From Octopus sinensis (Eukaryota), in NCBI RefSeq assembly GCF_006345805.1, contig NC_043010.1, positions 68,138,001 through 68,202,000 on the forward strand: a stretch of DNA of 64,000 nt, written 5' to 3'. Each line of letters opens with the position of its first letter. Position 1 is the first letter of the stretch. A program made the position numbers and the translations under genes. Below the pieces are notes generated by a model. That model was given only the letters and a program-made list of their open reading frames with translations, made no database searches and had not been told where the DNA came from. Below, in pieces: positions 13,187 through 24,394 of this stretch.

Positions 13187-16100
13187 TTGCTATGTGTGGA
13201 TATTGTAGCGTGTGTGTGTGTGTGTGTGTGTGTGGTAAAGGTTATCTGATTATGCACGTGTTGTTTCTGAATTTGTCTGAACGTGAGTGGTTTTTCCAGT
13301 GTGATTATGGGTATGTAGTTGCCCTGGTGTACGTTATGTTACGTCTGTTTGTTTGGCTGTGTATCAAGGATGGATCTCCTGTTGTTCAATAGTGAGGCAC
13401 TACTCACTCAGTCAGCTGAATCATCTCCTCCTGGTCTAACGGCTAACTGGCTGAGTATTCCATAGACATCATCATCACCATCTTCCATGTATGCATGGGT
13501 AGGACGGTTGACAGAAGCCAGCCAGGTAGAAAATTTACCCCAGGCTACCGTGTCTGTTTTGACAGGGATTTTATGGCTCTGATGTCCTTCCCAACACCAA
13601 CCACTCTGTAGAGTGGACTCAATGCTTTTTATGTGGCACTAGCACAGGCAAAGTTTTGACAAGATTTTTACAGCTGTATGCCCTTCCAGATGCCAACCAC
13701 ATGACTGCGAACTGGAAGCTTTTAATGTAGCACCAGCACTGACAGGGTAACCAAGTAACTCACAAGACGTGTACCCTTAACATAAATCACAATTAAAATC
13801 GATGTGAACCCAATGTATCTTTATAAATTACAGATATGGCCTATCTGACAGGCTTCTGTGGAGTGTTTTTGGTAACCTAATTTCACTCCTAAGAGACAGG
13901 TTGGCTTGAGGCTATTGAAAATAACATTTTACCAAAAATGACACACATTGGGATTGAACCAAGGACCATGTGGTTGTGAAGTGAACTCCTTAACCATTTA
14001 CCCATACTGTGCCTTGTGTATGAGTGTGTAGTTACACTTTCATGTGTATACAAGATATAATCAGCTCTGGCTGAGCAAGGTAAAAACCTGATAGTCATCA
14101 CAGATTTCTCTTTCTCTTGTTCATTTATTAATTAGAATTTTCTTGTTATTTTTTGTTAATTGCTTCGTCTTTGTTCTATTGCAGAGTGATGCTGACATAA
14201 TTGGTAACATGGTGCTGTGAGTAGTCACTTCTGATTTTCAAAATTTCACCCTTGTTTTTCTTATTGTTGTGTTTTGTTGAAGATATTTCAGTTATTGTTT
14301 CATTGACGTTTTGTTGTTACTCATTTTAAAATTTCATTGGGGTGCGGTTAGTCAATTACATTGACTCCCTCCCCGGTGCTCAACTGGTACTTATTTCGTC
14401 AATCCTTAAAGGATGGAAAGCAAAGATGGCCTTGGTGGAATTTGAACCTGGAACATAATGCTAGATAAAATGCTACTAATCATTTTCTCTGGTATACTCA
14501 TGATTCTGCCAGCTTGCAGCCTTAATAATAAAGATAATAAAAATGATAATAATATTATTATTATTTATTCAAGGCACTGCCTAGAATTGAACTCGGAATT
14601 TTGGAGTTAGTAGCCTGCGCTCTTAACCACTACACTATGTGCCTGTGGGCAAAAATGATAATAATAATCTTTTCTACTGGAAGCACAAGGCCTCAAATTT
14701 GGGGGAAGGGATTAAGTCAATTACATTGATCCCAGTACGCAACTGGTACTTAATTTATCGACCCCGAAAAGATTGAAAACAAAGTTGACCTCAGCGGAAT
14801 TTGAACTCGGAATGTAGCAGCAGATGAAATACTGCTAAGCATTTCACCCGGCATGCTAATGATTCTGCCAGCTCGCTGCCTTAATAATAATAATAATTTC
14901 AGATTTTTATGCAAGGCCAGCAATTTCAGAGTAAGGAGTTAAGTCGATTACATTGACCCCAGTGTTCAACTGGTACTTATTTTCTCAACCCTGAAAGGAT
15001 AAATCGACCTCAGAAGAATTTGAACTCTGAACATACAGACGGATGAAATGCCGCTAAGCGTCTCATTCAGCATGTTAACAGCTCAGCCAGCTCATCACCT
15101 TAGTTATTAATAATAATAATAACAATGACAGTAATAATCATTTCTACTATAGGCACAAGGCCTGAAATTTTGGGTTAGGGGATCAGTTGATTACATTGAC
15201 CCCAGTACTCAACTGGTACTTATTTCATTGAACCCTGAAAAGATTAAGGGCAAAGTCGACTTAGGTGGAATTTGAACTCATAATGTAAAGATAGATGAAA
15301 TGCTGCAAGCATTTTACTGGGTGTGCTAATGATTCTGCCAGCTTACCAATTCCTCTTTTGAATAAATAATTGCTTAGTTTCCTGAAAGTCTTCTGACTTT
15401 GATGTTAAGATTCTGATGTTGGCAGTTTACTGGATCAGCTATCTGACTGAGTCCTTTGTCATTTCTTTTCCTTAGGGGCCCAAAGTTTGATTTGGTTACC
15501 ACCAGTACTCTGTCCCTTTCTGATGCAGATGACACCGTACGAACATACGACTTAACCATGGAACCTACAGCAGGTGAGTCCCTAAGTTCATGAGTTCATG
15601 AGTTCATGAGTCCGTGAGTCCGTGAGTCCGTGAGTCCGTGAGTCTGTGAGTCCGTGAGTCTTTGAGTCAGTGAGTCTCTTATTGAATGATGGCTTGATCT
15701 TTATTTATTTTGAGTGAGGTTGAGCGTAAAGAGAGGTGGTTCTTGTTTTTTGGGTTTTTTTCCTCAAGTCTGCTATATACACTCTATCAATGTATTTTGC
15801 TGAATTGCTAAGTTACAGAAATATGAAGAAATAAACTCTTTTTGTCATGCGGTGGAGGGTGGGGAACACACACAATACACACACATATACACAAAAGGCT
15901 TCCATACAGTTTCTGCCCACCAAAGGCATTGGTCAGCCTGCAGGTCTACAGTATAAGGCACTTGCCCAAAGTGCTGCACAGTGGGATTGAACCGGAAACC
16001 ATGGTGTTGCAAAATGTCTCTTAACCACATCACCATGTCTACACTTGCATGGATGCACATCTTGTAAGCATGCTTGTGGTCAAGAAGTTTGCTTTGCAAT

Positions 16101-19100
16101 CATAAGGCCCAGGTTTCAATCCCGCTGCATGGCATCTTAGGCAAGTGTCTTTTACCATAGTCTTGGGTTAACCCATGGTTTATGATAATGCAATGAAATT
16201 GGGTAGATTGGAAACTGTGGGGAAGCCTTGTTGGAACTGTATCTGTAATCTAAAGGTCCAGTCTTGGTCACATATTGTGACCAAGACATATTCAACCTAA
16301 GAATTATGGTTAAAGGAACATGTCTGGAATACTTAGCCTCTTACAATTTGAATTTAACTCTTCAGCTTTTAAGCTAGTTATATCTCCTACAAATATTTCG
16401 CCTGTTTTATGTTCAAGTTGGCCAGATCCAACCTCTCACACCTGTTTCTTTATTACCCACAAGGGGCTAAACATAGAGTGGACAAACAAGGACAGACACA
16501 CGGATTAAGTCGATTACATCGACCCCAGTGTGTAATTGGTACTTATTTAATCGACCCCTAAAGGATGAAAAGTAAAGTCTACCTTGGCAGAATTTGAACT
16601 CAGAACGTAGCAGCAGACGAAATACCGCTCAGCATTTCGACTAACGTGCTAACGATTCTGCCAGCTCGCCTCTCACACCTACCATGCAATGTCCTTCTAA
16701 AAATAAGCAATCACATTATGAAAATTTCAAAGCTGCAAGTTGATGCATGATCAATTCAAAACAATGGAGTAAATATGCATTACATTTGACAGAGTGAGCT
16801 GAATGCTAAAGGGTTAATGAGTATGAGCATTTTATCATCATCATCATGATCATCATTGTCGTTTAACGTTCGCTTTCCATGCTGGCATGGGTTGGACAGT
16901 TTGGCTGAGGACTGGTGAGCCAGACGCTGCACCAAGCTCAATCTGATCTGGCAAAGTTTCTACAACCGGATGCCCTTCCTAACGCCATACGATCAGCAAA
17001 ATGGTGGAGATCTAAACTTGTAGCTTTAGACATATTGCGTTTGTGATTTACATACGCAATATATGATGCTCGATTATGACCACTATGTGATGTCAAGGCA
17101 AGATTGCACATACATATGTACGTGTGTGTATGTGTGTGTATATGCATATATATAATAGAATAAGAAATAGAAAGTCCTTGGTACAGCATTATATATATTT
17201 GAAAAAAAATGAATAGAAATGGCTTTTCTGATAATTTTTGTCCACTTTAATAATTGGATGTTCATAATCATTAGGTATAACACCTATTGACTTTATAATA
17301 TGATGAGCTTCTTCCAGTTTCCATCAACCAGCTCCACTCACAAGGTTAAGTTGGTTGAGGGCTAGAGTAGAAGACATTTGCTGAAGATGCTCAAATATTC
17401 TGAGATCAGTTTTCACCAATTCCTCCCATGTCACCTTAGGTCTCCTTCTTTCACAGGTTCCATCTACTTAAATAGCTGTCATCTTACATCACATTCCAAA
17501 GCAGAACAGTCTTCTCTCTTGCTTACTTCATCCACATAGCCAAACCAAGCCAGTGTATATGTGTGTACACACAAACTCCTCTCTCTCTCTCTTATGCTGT
17601 ATTAGGAGAGAGCAGTGTGATGACATACACCCGTAATACAAACAAGGTTTTGTTAAGAGCCTCGTTACAATATTTAGACTAGTTACCTTATGTGGCCACG
17701 AGACAAGCTGAAACAACAGAACCAGCTCTGACTTGGTGAGCAGGGATTAGCATTATAATGAGAAGATAAACTTTAGTCATGGCTGTTATGTTGATACAAT
17801 GAAGGTGGATAGGTGAGATGCCAAGACCTGGAACAACCTGCCAATAGGCCAGCTATTGGTATCCTGTCATACTGGTGGCACCATCACCACCATCACCACC
17901 TCCTGCCTACGATTCATACCGAAACAAAAGCTAAAAGGTTTGACTCTTCCCCCACTACCATTACTTCTTCTACTACCACTACAACCATCCTCATAGGACT
18001 ATGTGGATAACTCTAGGATAATGGTTACTTGATTGTTTAGCACCTGATAATCATTAATTACACTGGTTTGTTTTAAAAGAGTCTTCCAGCTGTGACCATC
18101 CCATATTTTCAGATAATGTATCTGTCTAGGAGCAGATTATCTGATGTGTTCCTTCATGTTTTTAAGATGGGTATGATTTGAAGTGGTCTTGGCTACTATT
18201 TCTAGCTTGGCGAATGTTGGTGGCCTTCCCCTCAGAGCAGTCATTGGCATCATGTAGAGGGGAGATTTGCAGGCATGGAGACTCTTGGTCTTCCTAAAAT
18301 AAAAAAAATCTTGCTCTGCCCAATGCATACTTGTGCAGATACACAGGCAGCCTGCAGTGATGGAGGCTTTATTATGTGTGTGTGTGTGTATGTATGTACA
18401 GTTGTATGTGCTTATCTGGATAGATGTATGAGTGAGTATGAATGTTTGTATGCACAAATGTAAATGTATGTGCATGCAAACATATAGATATTTGTGTGTT
18501 CACTATTCTCTAAAAAAAAACCTCTTTTCTTCTTCTATTAATCTTTCAGATGGCAATATCTATGAATTACCGTTTTTTGGTCACTACTGCTGTCGGTTGG
18601 CTGTGTTACCACATTGCTTAACAAGGCCTGCAATGACTGGTCACCTCAATCTGTTGGTAAGGGAATCAACTCATCAGTTTTCCTGGATTTATGCTATCGT
18701 TCATATTGCTTTTTTTATTGGATGCTTTCTGAAGTGTCTACATTTCATTGTACTCTCTGTTTCTTTCAGTGCAAACTTCTATTTCTTGTCTTCTTTTACA
18801 GGTGGATAGAGAAAGGAACAAACAGAAGCGCTACTGGTGTGTACTGAAGAATTTGGAGCTGGCCTGCTTTGCTTCACCTCAGGATGAGAAAACTGCACGA
18901 CCTCATCTCTGTATCCCTGTAACAAAAGTAAGAGAAAAGATTTGAGTTGGTCTTCAGATACTTTTACCTTTTACTAGTTTCATTCATTAGACTGCAGCCA
19001 TGCTGGGGAAATGGTTTGAAAAGTTTAGTCAAACCGGCTTCTATCGGTGTACTCTTTTATTTTTTTTATTTGTTTCAGTCATTTGACTGTGGCCATGCTG

Positions 19101-22100
19101 GAGCACTACCTTTAGTTGAACAAATCGACCCCAGGGCTTCTTCTTTGTAAGCCTAGTGCTGATTCAATCGGTCTCTTTTGCCAAACCGCTAAGTTACGGA
19201 GACGTAAACACACCAACATCTGTTGTCAAGCGATGGGGGGGGGACAGACATACAAACATACACACACATATATATATTCGACGGGCTTCTTTTAGTCTCC
19301 GTCTACCAAATCCACTCACAAAGCTTTGGTTGGCCCGAGGCTATAGCAGAAGACGCTTGCCCAAGGTCCCACACAGTGGGACTGAACCCGCAACCATGTG
19401 GTTGGTAAGCAAGCTACTTACCACACAGCCACTCCTGAGCCTATGTCTAATGTTAGTGTTTTTTATTCCTTTCTCTTTTCCGGTTTCTTTCTTGGTCCTG
19501 GCAGAATACCCAGGTGTCAGATGCTGATCCACGCATATTCCAAAATCCTCACACATTCCATGTTACAACCAAGACCGACATAAGCGTGTCCGATCATGTA
19601 CTCTCAGCAGACAGCAAGCATGACTTTGAGAATTGGTGGGATGGTTTCCAGCAACACCTGCTCGATCAAGGTAACTTTGTTCGTTTGTTTCTGTTTGTAT
19701 TTCTGTTTTTCCAAGCTGACATGGGTTAGATGCTAGCTTCTAACCCATGGCTTTGTGTGTGAATATTCACAAAATTGCTTAACTGTTAAGCTTTTAAACT
19801 AGCTTTATCTACCCGAAATATTCTACCTGTTTTGTGTTCAAACCAGCCAGATCTGGCCCATTCCACCTACCCTAAAATGTCATTCTAAAATTTGTCACAC
19901 TGTCACATCATTGAAATCTCAAAGCTACAAGATAATGAATGATTAATTCACAATGACTTGAATAAATAAATATTACATTTGATTATTTAACATCCGCTTT
20001 TCATGCTAGCATGGGTTGGACGATTTGACTGAGGTCTCGCAAACCAGATGGCTGCACCGGACTCCAATCTAATCTGGCAGAGTTTCTACAGCTGGATGCC
20101 CTTCCTAACGCCAACCACTCTGAGAGTGTAGTGGGTGCTTTTTATGTGCCACCGGCTCGGGGGCCAGTCAGGCGGTACTGGCAACGGCCACGCTCAAACG
20201 GTGCTTTTTATGTGCTACCTGCACAGGAGCCAGTCCAGCGGCACTGGCAACGACCTCGTTCAAATGCCTTTTTGTTGCTATTAATTATAAATTAACTAGT
20301 CTGTTGACAGAATTGATAAAAGACTAGTGACTCAGTTTTCATACCTGATGTCCTAACACTCACCTGTATTATCTAATAAAATGCTGATTCTTTTTCTTAT
20401 TGCAGCTGCATGGAAACATGCTACAGAACAGATGATGTTGGTCCAGAAGGCATCACCACTAAATCTCCCATTATTCTTGCGTAAGAGCTCCCTCTATGAT
20501 GACACACCCATTGAAGGTAAGTTCAGAGGTGTTGCACTTGTTTTCTGTTTGATGCCTCGGTCATTGTCACTATAATAATGGTTTCAAATTTTGGCACAAG
20601 GCCAGCAATTTTGGACAAAGGGAGTAAGTCCATTACATTGACCTCCCCAGTACACAACTGGTACTTATTTTGACTTTAACAGAGGACGAAAGGCAAAGTC
20701 AACCTTGGTGGCATTTGAACTCAGAATAGGAAGATGGATGAAATACCAATAAGCATTTTGTCTGGCATGCTAATGCTTCTGTCAGCCCACCTTTGTCATT
20801 ATAATAATAATTGGTGTCACTTTATGAGGGCATGCCTTGACCCCATCTTCATAACCATCTTTCTCTCTCTCTCTTTCCCAAATTGTGTATCTCATCTGCA
20901 GCAAGATATCTGTTTTTGTCCCGTTTATCATACTTAAACCCCCTTATCACCAGGCACAAAACCATCTCCTTTAATATGACTCCCCACTCTTAGTTGAGGT
21001 GTTTTTGTCTTACGAGTTGCTTGGTGACCTCACTAGTGCTGGTGCTGCACTCAGTACACCTGGTAAAGAAGTTGGCATTAGGCAGAGCATCCAGCCATAG
21101 AAACCATGCCAATGCAGACAGGGCTAGGTGCAGTCCTCTTGCTTAGACACAGACCATCTATGAGAAAAGAAAAACTTTTATAGGCTCAACAGTAATTCAG
21201 AACAAGCAGGTCATCTTAATGTTATCTAAAAACGCAATATAGACACAAGTTTAGGAAATTCAGCACAGGAACAGCAGTGGATTGAATTGATTCTCCTCCT
21301 GCTTCATTACAATGAAGGCACTTGGCCTAGTGGTTTAGGGGCATTGCATTCGTGATAACAACATCATGCTTTCAATTCCTGGACTAGGTGGTGCATTGTG
21401 TTCTTGAGCAAAACTCTTCATTTCATGTTGCTTCAGTCCACTCGGCTGTTAATGGGTGACCCTTTGATTGGGGTGAATATTGTGATCTTGATCACTTCTC
21501 TGCCATGGCAACTAAGTAACCAGCTGAATGAGTTTTGGGACTCAAGGTTGTAATGTCCATGTCCCTGTAGTTGTTTGTTCCTTCTTGAACATGCCTGGCT
21601 CATACAGGCCAGTTTCCCGGTTTCATTGGCATACATGTTCCCCACCTGGACGGGATGCAGGTCCATCACAGGTGAGCTGCTAGATACAGGAGGAAAGAGT
21701 GAGAGAAAGTCGTGGCGAAAGAGTCAGCAGAAGTTTGCCATTACCTTCTGCTGGAACTGTGTGGAGCTTAGGTGTTTTGCTCATGAACACACACATCATC
21801 CGGTCTGAGTTTCGAACCTGCGATCCCTCGACTGCGAGTCCGCTGCGCTAACCACTTGGCCATGTGCCTCCACATACCCCCTTCATCCCAAGTACTGGAC
21901 TGAGATTTTACTGGCCTCACCTGTAATGAAATTTGAAGTTGACTTTGCCTGGGTATCGTTTTTATTTATATTTTTATTTATTCATTTACTTATATATATA
22001 TATATGTATTTGTTTGTTTTCAGACCCTGAGCACACCTGTGATCCCTTAGGAAACTCTATTGAAGACACTGAACTCTCACAGATGATATGTTCGTTAATG

Positions 22101-22136
22101 CATGAGGCACAGCAGATCCGTGGGGACGGGAAGTGA
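4733..22136 (+). CDS. RTKN: Rhotekin-family gene (RTKN/RTKN2-like), 12 coding exons, 5'-incomplete. join(4733..4926,5748..5797,9311..9364,11998..12118,12982..13141,14185..14216,15476..15573,18550..18656,18802..18927,19505..19670,20406..20516,22024..22136) = 1332 nt, 443 aa + stop
   Basis: Exons joined by hand give one open frame with GT-AG introns and matching phases. Motifs DTDLQQKIDHEIKMREGTTKLLAA (HR1), SDIRIPLMWKDTDHFKNKGD, VDRSMTDISF, GPKFDLV, LPFFGHYCCRLAV and a PH domain followed by AWKH match vertebrate rhotekin as recalled (DTELQRKLDHEIRMREG, SDLRIPLMWKDTEYFKNKGD). Confidence 0.93.
5071..5460. repeat. Direct tandem duplication, two copies of about 193-197 bp (5071-5263, 5264-5460)
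   Basis: Near-identical copies, both starting GGTCTTTTGGTGGATTAAG and ending GGATGGGTGT. Confidence 0.9.
5748..5797 (+). CDS. RTKN: Rhotekin exon 2 (50 nt)
   Basis: ctgtcAG / GTAAGT; (L)CVEGNQTPCKSQVSVS, similar to rhotekin SPCRGRVCIS; bridges phase 2 to phase 1. Confidence 0.85.
6247..6466. mobile_element. piggyBac-type MITE
   Basis: TTAA at 6243-46 and 6467-70; TIRs CCCTTTCGTTAC / GTAACTAAAGGG. Confidence 0.85.
7458..7529 (-). pseudogene. tRNA-like cloverleaf (non-canonical anticodon loop) inside a repeat
   Basis: Minus strand GACTGCTTTGGTCCATTGGTAGAACA-CCTGT-CATATGC-ACAGG-AGAT-GTGGG-TTCATAT-CCTAC-AGGCAGCC: acceptor, D, perfect anticodon and T stems; A at the U33 position. Confidence 0.55.
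8357..8750 (+). mobile_element. SINE family A (tRNA head, CORE-like block, internal microsatellite) with inverted 5' 26 nt
   Basis: B-box GGTTCAGTCCC; GGCACATTGGGCAAGTG resembles the CORE motif; family tail ...ACTAAAACAAGTA. Confidence 0.85.
9311..9364 (+). CDS. RTKN: Rhotekin exon 3 (54 nt)
   Basis: tacAG / GTAAGT; DIRIPLMWKDTDHFKNKG. Confidence 0.95.
9708..10197. mobile_element. Tc1/mariner-superfamily (pogo/Tigger-like) MITE in the (TA)n of a SINE-A copy
   Basis: TA flanks; about 25-bp TIRs TCATAAATCCTCGAGTATGATCTGC / GCGGACTATACTCGAAGATTTATGG. Confidence 0.8.
10936..11332 (+). mobile_element. SINE family A, full length (representative of about 30 copies or fragments in the window)
   Basis: AGGCGCAGAAGTGGCTGTGTGGTAAG head with A/B boxes, CORE-like block, internal (TA/GT)n, tail GAAACAAGTAAAAGAGTAAAAGA. 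Confidence 0.92.
11538..11892 (+). mobile_element. Repeat family E: non-autonomous retroelement with RTE-like 3' end and (GAT)n tail
   Basis: GGAAGGGCATCC...GCTGTAGAAAC, ending ATGGAAAGCGGACGTTAAAC(GAT)n; other copies near 8980-9110, 13480-13750, 16850-16990, 19990-20265. Confidence 0.75.
11998..12118 (+). CDS. RTKN: Rhotekin exon 4 (anillin-homology domain)
   Basis: ttgcAG / GTAAGT; DHRRYAVFCLVKTGSEIYDTSLISNVDRSMTDISFDDVIV. Confidence 0.95.
12160..12400 (-). mobile_element. SINE family A 3' half, CpG-decayed
   Basis: Reverse complement of the family A tail and body, directly downstream of exon 4. Confidence 0.75.
12982..13141 (+). CDS. RTKN: Rhotekin exon 5
   Basis: tttcAG / GTAAGT; FDNVPCNFECTLEVYCHKLHEDLTIASTPKKIRKK...GKRLSGL; ends in phase 0. 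Confidence 0.93.
14185..14216 (+). CDS. RTKN: Rhotekin exon 6 (32-nt mini-exon)
   Basis: ttctattgcAG / GTGAGT; SDADIIGNMV(L); supplies the phase 0 to phase 2 change needed to join exons 5 and 7. Confidence 0.8.
14335..15345 (-). mobile_element. Array of four head-to-tail SINE family B copies separated by (AAT)n tails
   Basis: Repeated CCCAGTACGCAACTGGTACTT...GAATTTGAACTC...GATTCTGCCAGCTCGC blocks. Confidence 0.85.
15476..15573 (+). CDS. RTKN: Rhotekin exon 7
   Basis: tttccttAG / CAG|GTGAGT; GPKFDLVTTSTLSLSDADDTVRTYDLTMEPTA, similar to rhotekin GPRYHLLAHTTLTL...RTHDLTL. Confidence 0.92.
15574..15677 (+). repeat. 8-bp minisatellite (GTGAGTCC-like x13) starting at the exon-7 splice donor
   Basis: Units at 15574, 15582, 15590 ... 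15670; seven extra perfect GTGAGT hexamers. Confidence 0.95.
16358..16813. mobile_element. piggyBac-type MITE (second family) interrupted by a SINE-B copy
   Basis: TTAA at 16354-57 and 16814-17; ends CTCTTCAGC / GCTAAAGGG; related copies near 4441-4657 and 19780-19985. Confidence 0.8.
16444..16670 (-). mobile_element. SINE family B, tail type B1, with target-site duplication
   Basis: TSD TCTCACACCT at 16434-43 and 16671-80; tail CCCCTTGTGGGTAATAAAGAAAC. Confidence 0.92.
18550..18656 (+). CDS. RTKN: Rhotekin exon 8
   Basis: tttcAG / GTAAGG; DGNIYELPFFGHYCCRLAVLPHCLTRPAMTGHLNLL. Confidence 0.93.
18802..18927 (+). CDS. RTKN: Rhotekin exon 9 (PH domain)
   Basis: ttttacAG / GTAAGA; VDRERNKQKRYWCVLKNLELACFASPQDEKTARPHLCIPVTK. 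Confidence 0.92.
19051..19443 (-). mobile_element. SINE family A, full length
   Basis: Reverse complement of the 10936 copy type, CpGs largely retained. Confidence 0.9.
19505..19670 (+). CDS. RTKN: Rhotekin exon 10 (PH domain C-terminal helix)
   Basis: ggcAG / GTAACT; NTQVSDADPRIFQNPHTFHV...SADSKHDFENWWDGFQQHLLDQ. Confidence 0.92.
20406..20516 (+). CDS. RTKN: Rhotekin exon 11
   Basis: ttgcAG / GTAAGT; AAWKHATEQMMLVQKASPLNLPLFLRKSSLYDDTPIE, similar to rhotekin QWKQCCDEIM...KQGSLY. Confidence 0.9.
21314..21545 (+). mobile_element. SINE family C (tRNA head plus GTGTTCTTGAGCAAAAC block)
   Basis: TGGCCTAGTGG A-box; related minus-strand copies at about 47220-47504 and 38290-38465. Confidence 0.7.
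21570..21871 (-). mobile_element. SINE family D, tail type D1
   Basis: Minus strand GGAGGCACATGGCCAAGTGGTTAGCGCAGCGGACTCGC...GGTTCGAAACTC; near-identical copy at 31674-31975. Confidence 0.88.
22024..22136 (+). CDS. RTKN: Rhotekin terminal coding exon 12
   Basis: gttttcAG acceptor; DPEHTCDPLGNSIEDTELSQMICSLMHEAQQIRGDGK, then TGA TAG. The phase fits, but no homology support was recognised for this segment. Confidence 0.7.
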
Positions 22137-22262
22137 TAGCGGAAAGAGACAGGAGACCTGTTCCCATTGTTGTAGTGGACAGGTACTACTCTGGTCATCG
22201 GACTGAACAGGACACTCTCCTTTCCCATCCTCTCTCTTTCTCTCTCTGTCTCTGTTCTGTGT

Positions 22263-22295
<33 letters not shown>

Positions 22296-22705
22296 GGTTA
22301 TTGAATTAAATATGACTTATATTTTTCTTCTTTCCTCCCATCACTCCCTCTCCCCAGAGCAATGAAGCAAATAGGCCGACCGACCTTTGTAACCTATGAA
22401 TGCATGCGAGTAACAGAGAGAGAAAAGGGAGAGTCAGAGAGAGAGAGAAAGAAAGAAAAAAGAGAGAGGGCTTATTAAAGAATATAAGATGTGTGAGGAG
22501 AAAAACAAATTTTTTTTTAAAGACAGGTCAAAATGGAGTGTCAAAATGGTGGCTAGAATACGGTGTGACTAAATTAAGTGACGATGACAACAACAAAGAG
22601 AGCCCCGCCCCAAAATATGTATTTTAACAAATCAATAATTAAATGAATAGATACTCTTGTAAGAATAATGGTGGTAACGAGATATACAAAGGGCCTTACT
22701 TATAA

Positions 22706-23070
22706 ATGGAGATGGATCTGGAGTTGGCGGATTTTAGCAGTGGTGGTCATATATGGATAGCGACAGATCTGGGACCATTGGTGGCCATATATGGATACAG
22801 ACAAATCTGGAGTCACTGCTTACACCACAAAAATGGCTGTCTCTGGAGTTGGCGATTTTTACCAATGGTGGTCATACTTATAAATGGAGATGGATCTGGA
22901 GTTGGTGGATTTTAGCAGTGGTGGTCATATATGGATAGCGACAGATCTGGGACCATTGGTGGCCATATATGGATACAGACAAATCTGGGGTCACTGCTTA
23001 CACCACAAAAATGGCTTGTCTCTGGAGTTGGTGGATTTTTTACTAATGGTGGTCATACATGGATTGCAAC
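22706..23070. repeat. 178-bp tandem repeat (about 2 copies) with internal sub-repeats, downstream of the stop codon
   Basis: Copies start ATGGAGATGGATCTGGAGTTGG at 22706 and 22884. Confidence 0.9.
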
Positions 23071-23499
23071 AGATCCGAATTAGTGGATAGACCACAAGTG
23101 ATTTATAATATTATGCTGGCTACAATGGATTTTTAATGACAGGAATGTCTGGAATTAGTGGGGTTTGCTGTTCATGAATACTTCTTGTTTTTACTTCCTC
23201 ACTACGAATTTTTAGCTCATTTCAACCCACCCCTTTTTCCTGTTTCTTTGTGTGTGTGTGTATATGTGCGTGTGTGTGTGTGTTTTTGTGTGACTGACTG
23301 TGTGGTGCATGTAGTTGTAAGCTTTTATTAAAATCAAGTTCCATGATACGAAGTTTAAAGTTTTATGGGTTTTACTTTTAAAGCAAGGCTCTACACACTC
23401 ACACATGCACTGTTGAATAAGGCAAATATTTTGAATTTGTCATGTAAGACTCTCTCTTCAGAACTGAGTGAATTATCACACCTTCACCCATGCATGCAT

Positions 23500-23766
23500 G
23501 CATGCGTACACACACACACACACACAAATTAAATTGTCAAAAATGAAATGTATGTATGTGTGTGTTTATAAAAACAGTATGGGCTTTTACAAAAGCAATG
23601 CAGGTATGTATGTGAATGAATGTGTGTGTGTGTGTGCACACACTTGTGTATATGCAAGTGTATGTGTGTATATATCTGCACTTGTGTATGTATGTATGTG
23701 TGCATCTTTATACCTGTGTATACAGGTGCACACTTCTGTGTGTGTGTTTTTGTACATGTATAGGTA

Positions 23767-23804
<38 letters not shown>

Positions 23805-24009
23805 GATGTGCATCTATATACAGATGTATATATGTACATGTATGTGTGCATTTATATACATGTGTATATATATAAAGTACATATATATGTGCATCTGCAA
23901 GTCTATATATGTAGCGTGTGTGTGTATAGGTATGCATGTAATCAAGTATATAGGCATGTGTGCACACGTACAGACATCCAAATATATTCATGTATATACA
24001 CACACGCAC

Positions 24010-24059
<50 letters not shown>

Positions 24060-24354
24060 TACATTATATTTTCATACCTGCACATATGTAATGCGTACAT
24101 CTGTGCTACAATATATAAGAAAGCAAGCATTCAGAGACCGAAGCCCCTGGTTAAAAAAACCTGCCTCACAAACACCCAATGGTTATATTGTCAGAAAGCA
24201 GCAGTTATCTGAAATCAGAACTGGAACTGTGGTAAATTAAATGGAACTGCATCCATTGGGAGGTTGAAAAGATGAGTAAAGAAGCATTTATCTGATTGAG
24301 TACAGATACACCATGGTTCTCTTCCCAGGCCTGCACTAAAATACATTTATTTGA

Positions 24355-24394
<40 letters not shown>

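Noticed and set aside
15574-15677. CRISPR-like regular repeat
   Set aside because: No spacers, eukaryotic intron, no cas genes; no CRISPR array anywhere in the window
22706-23090. Repeated small ORFs MEMDLEL.DFSSGGHIW
   Set aside because: By-product of the 178-bp tandem repeat; no splice context or recognisable homology
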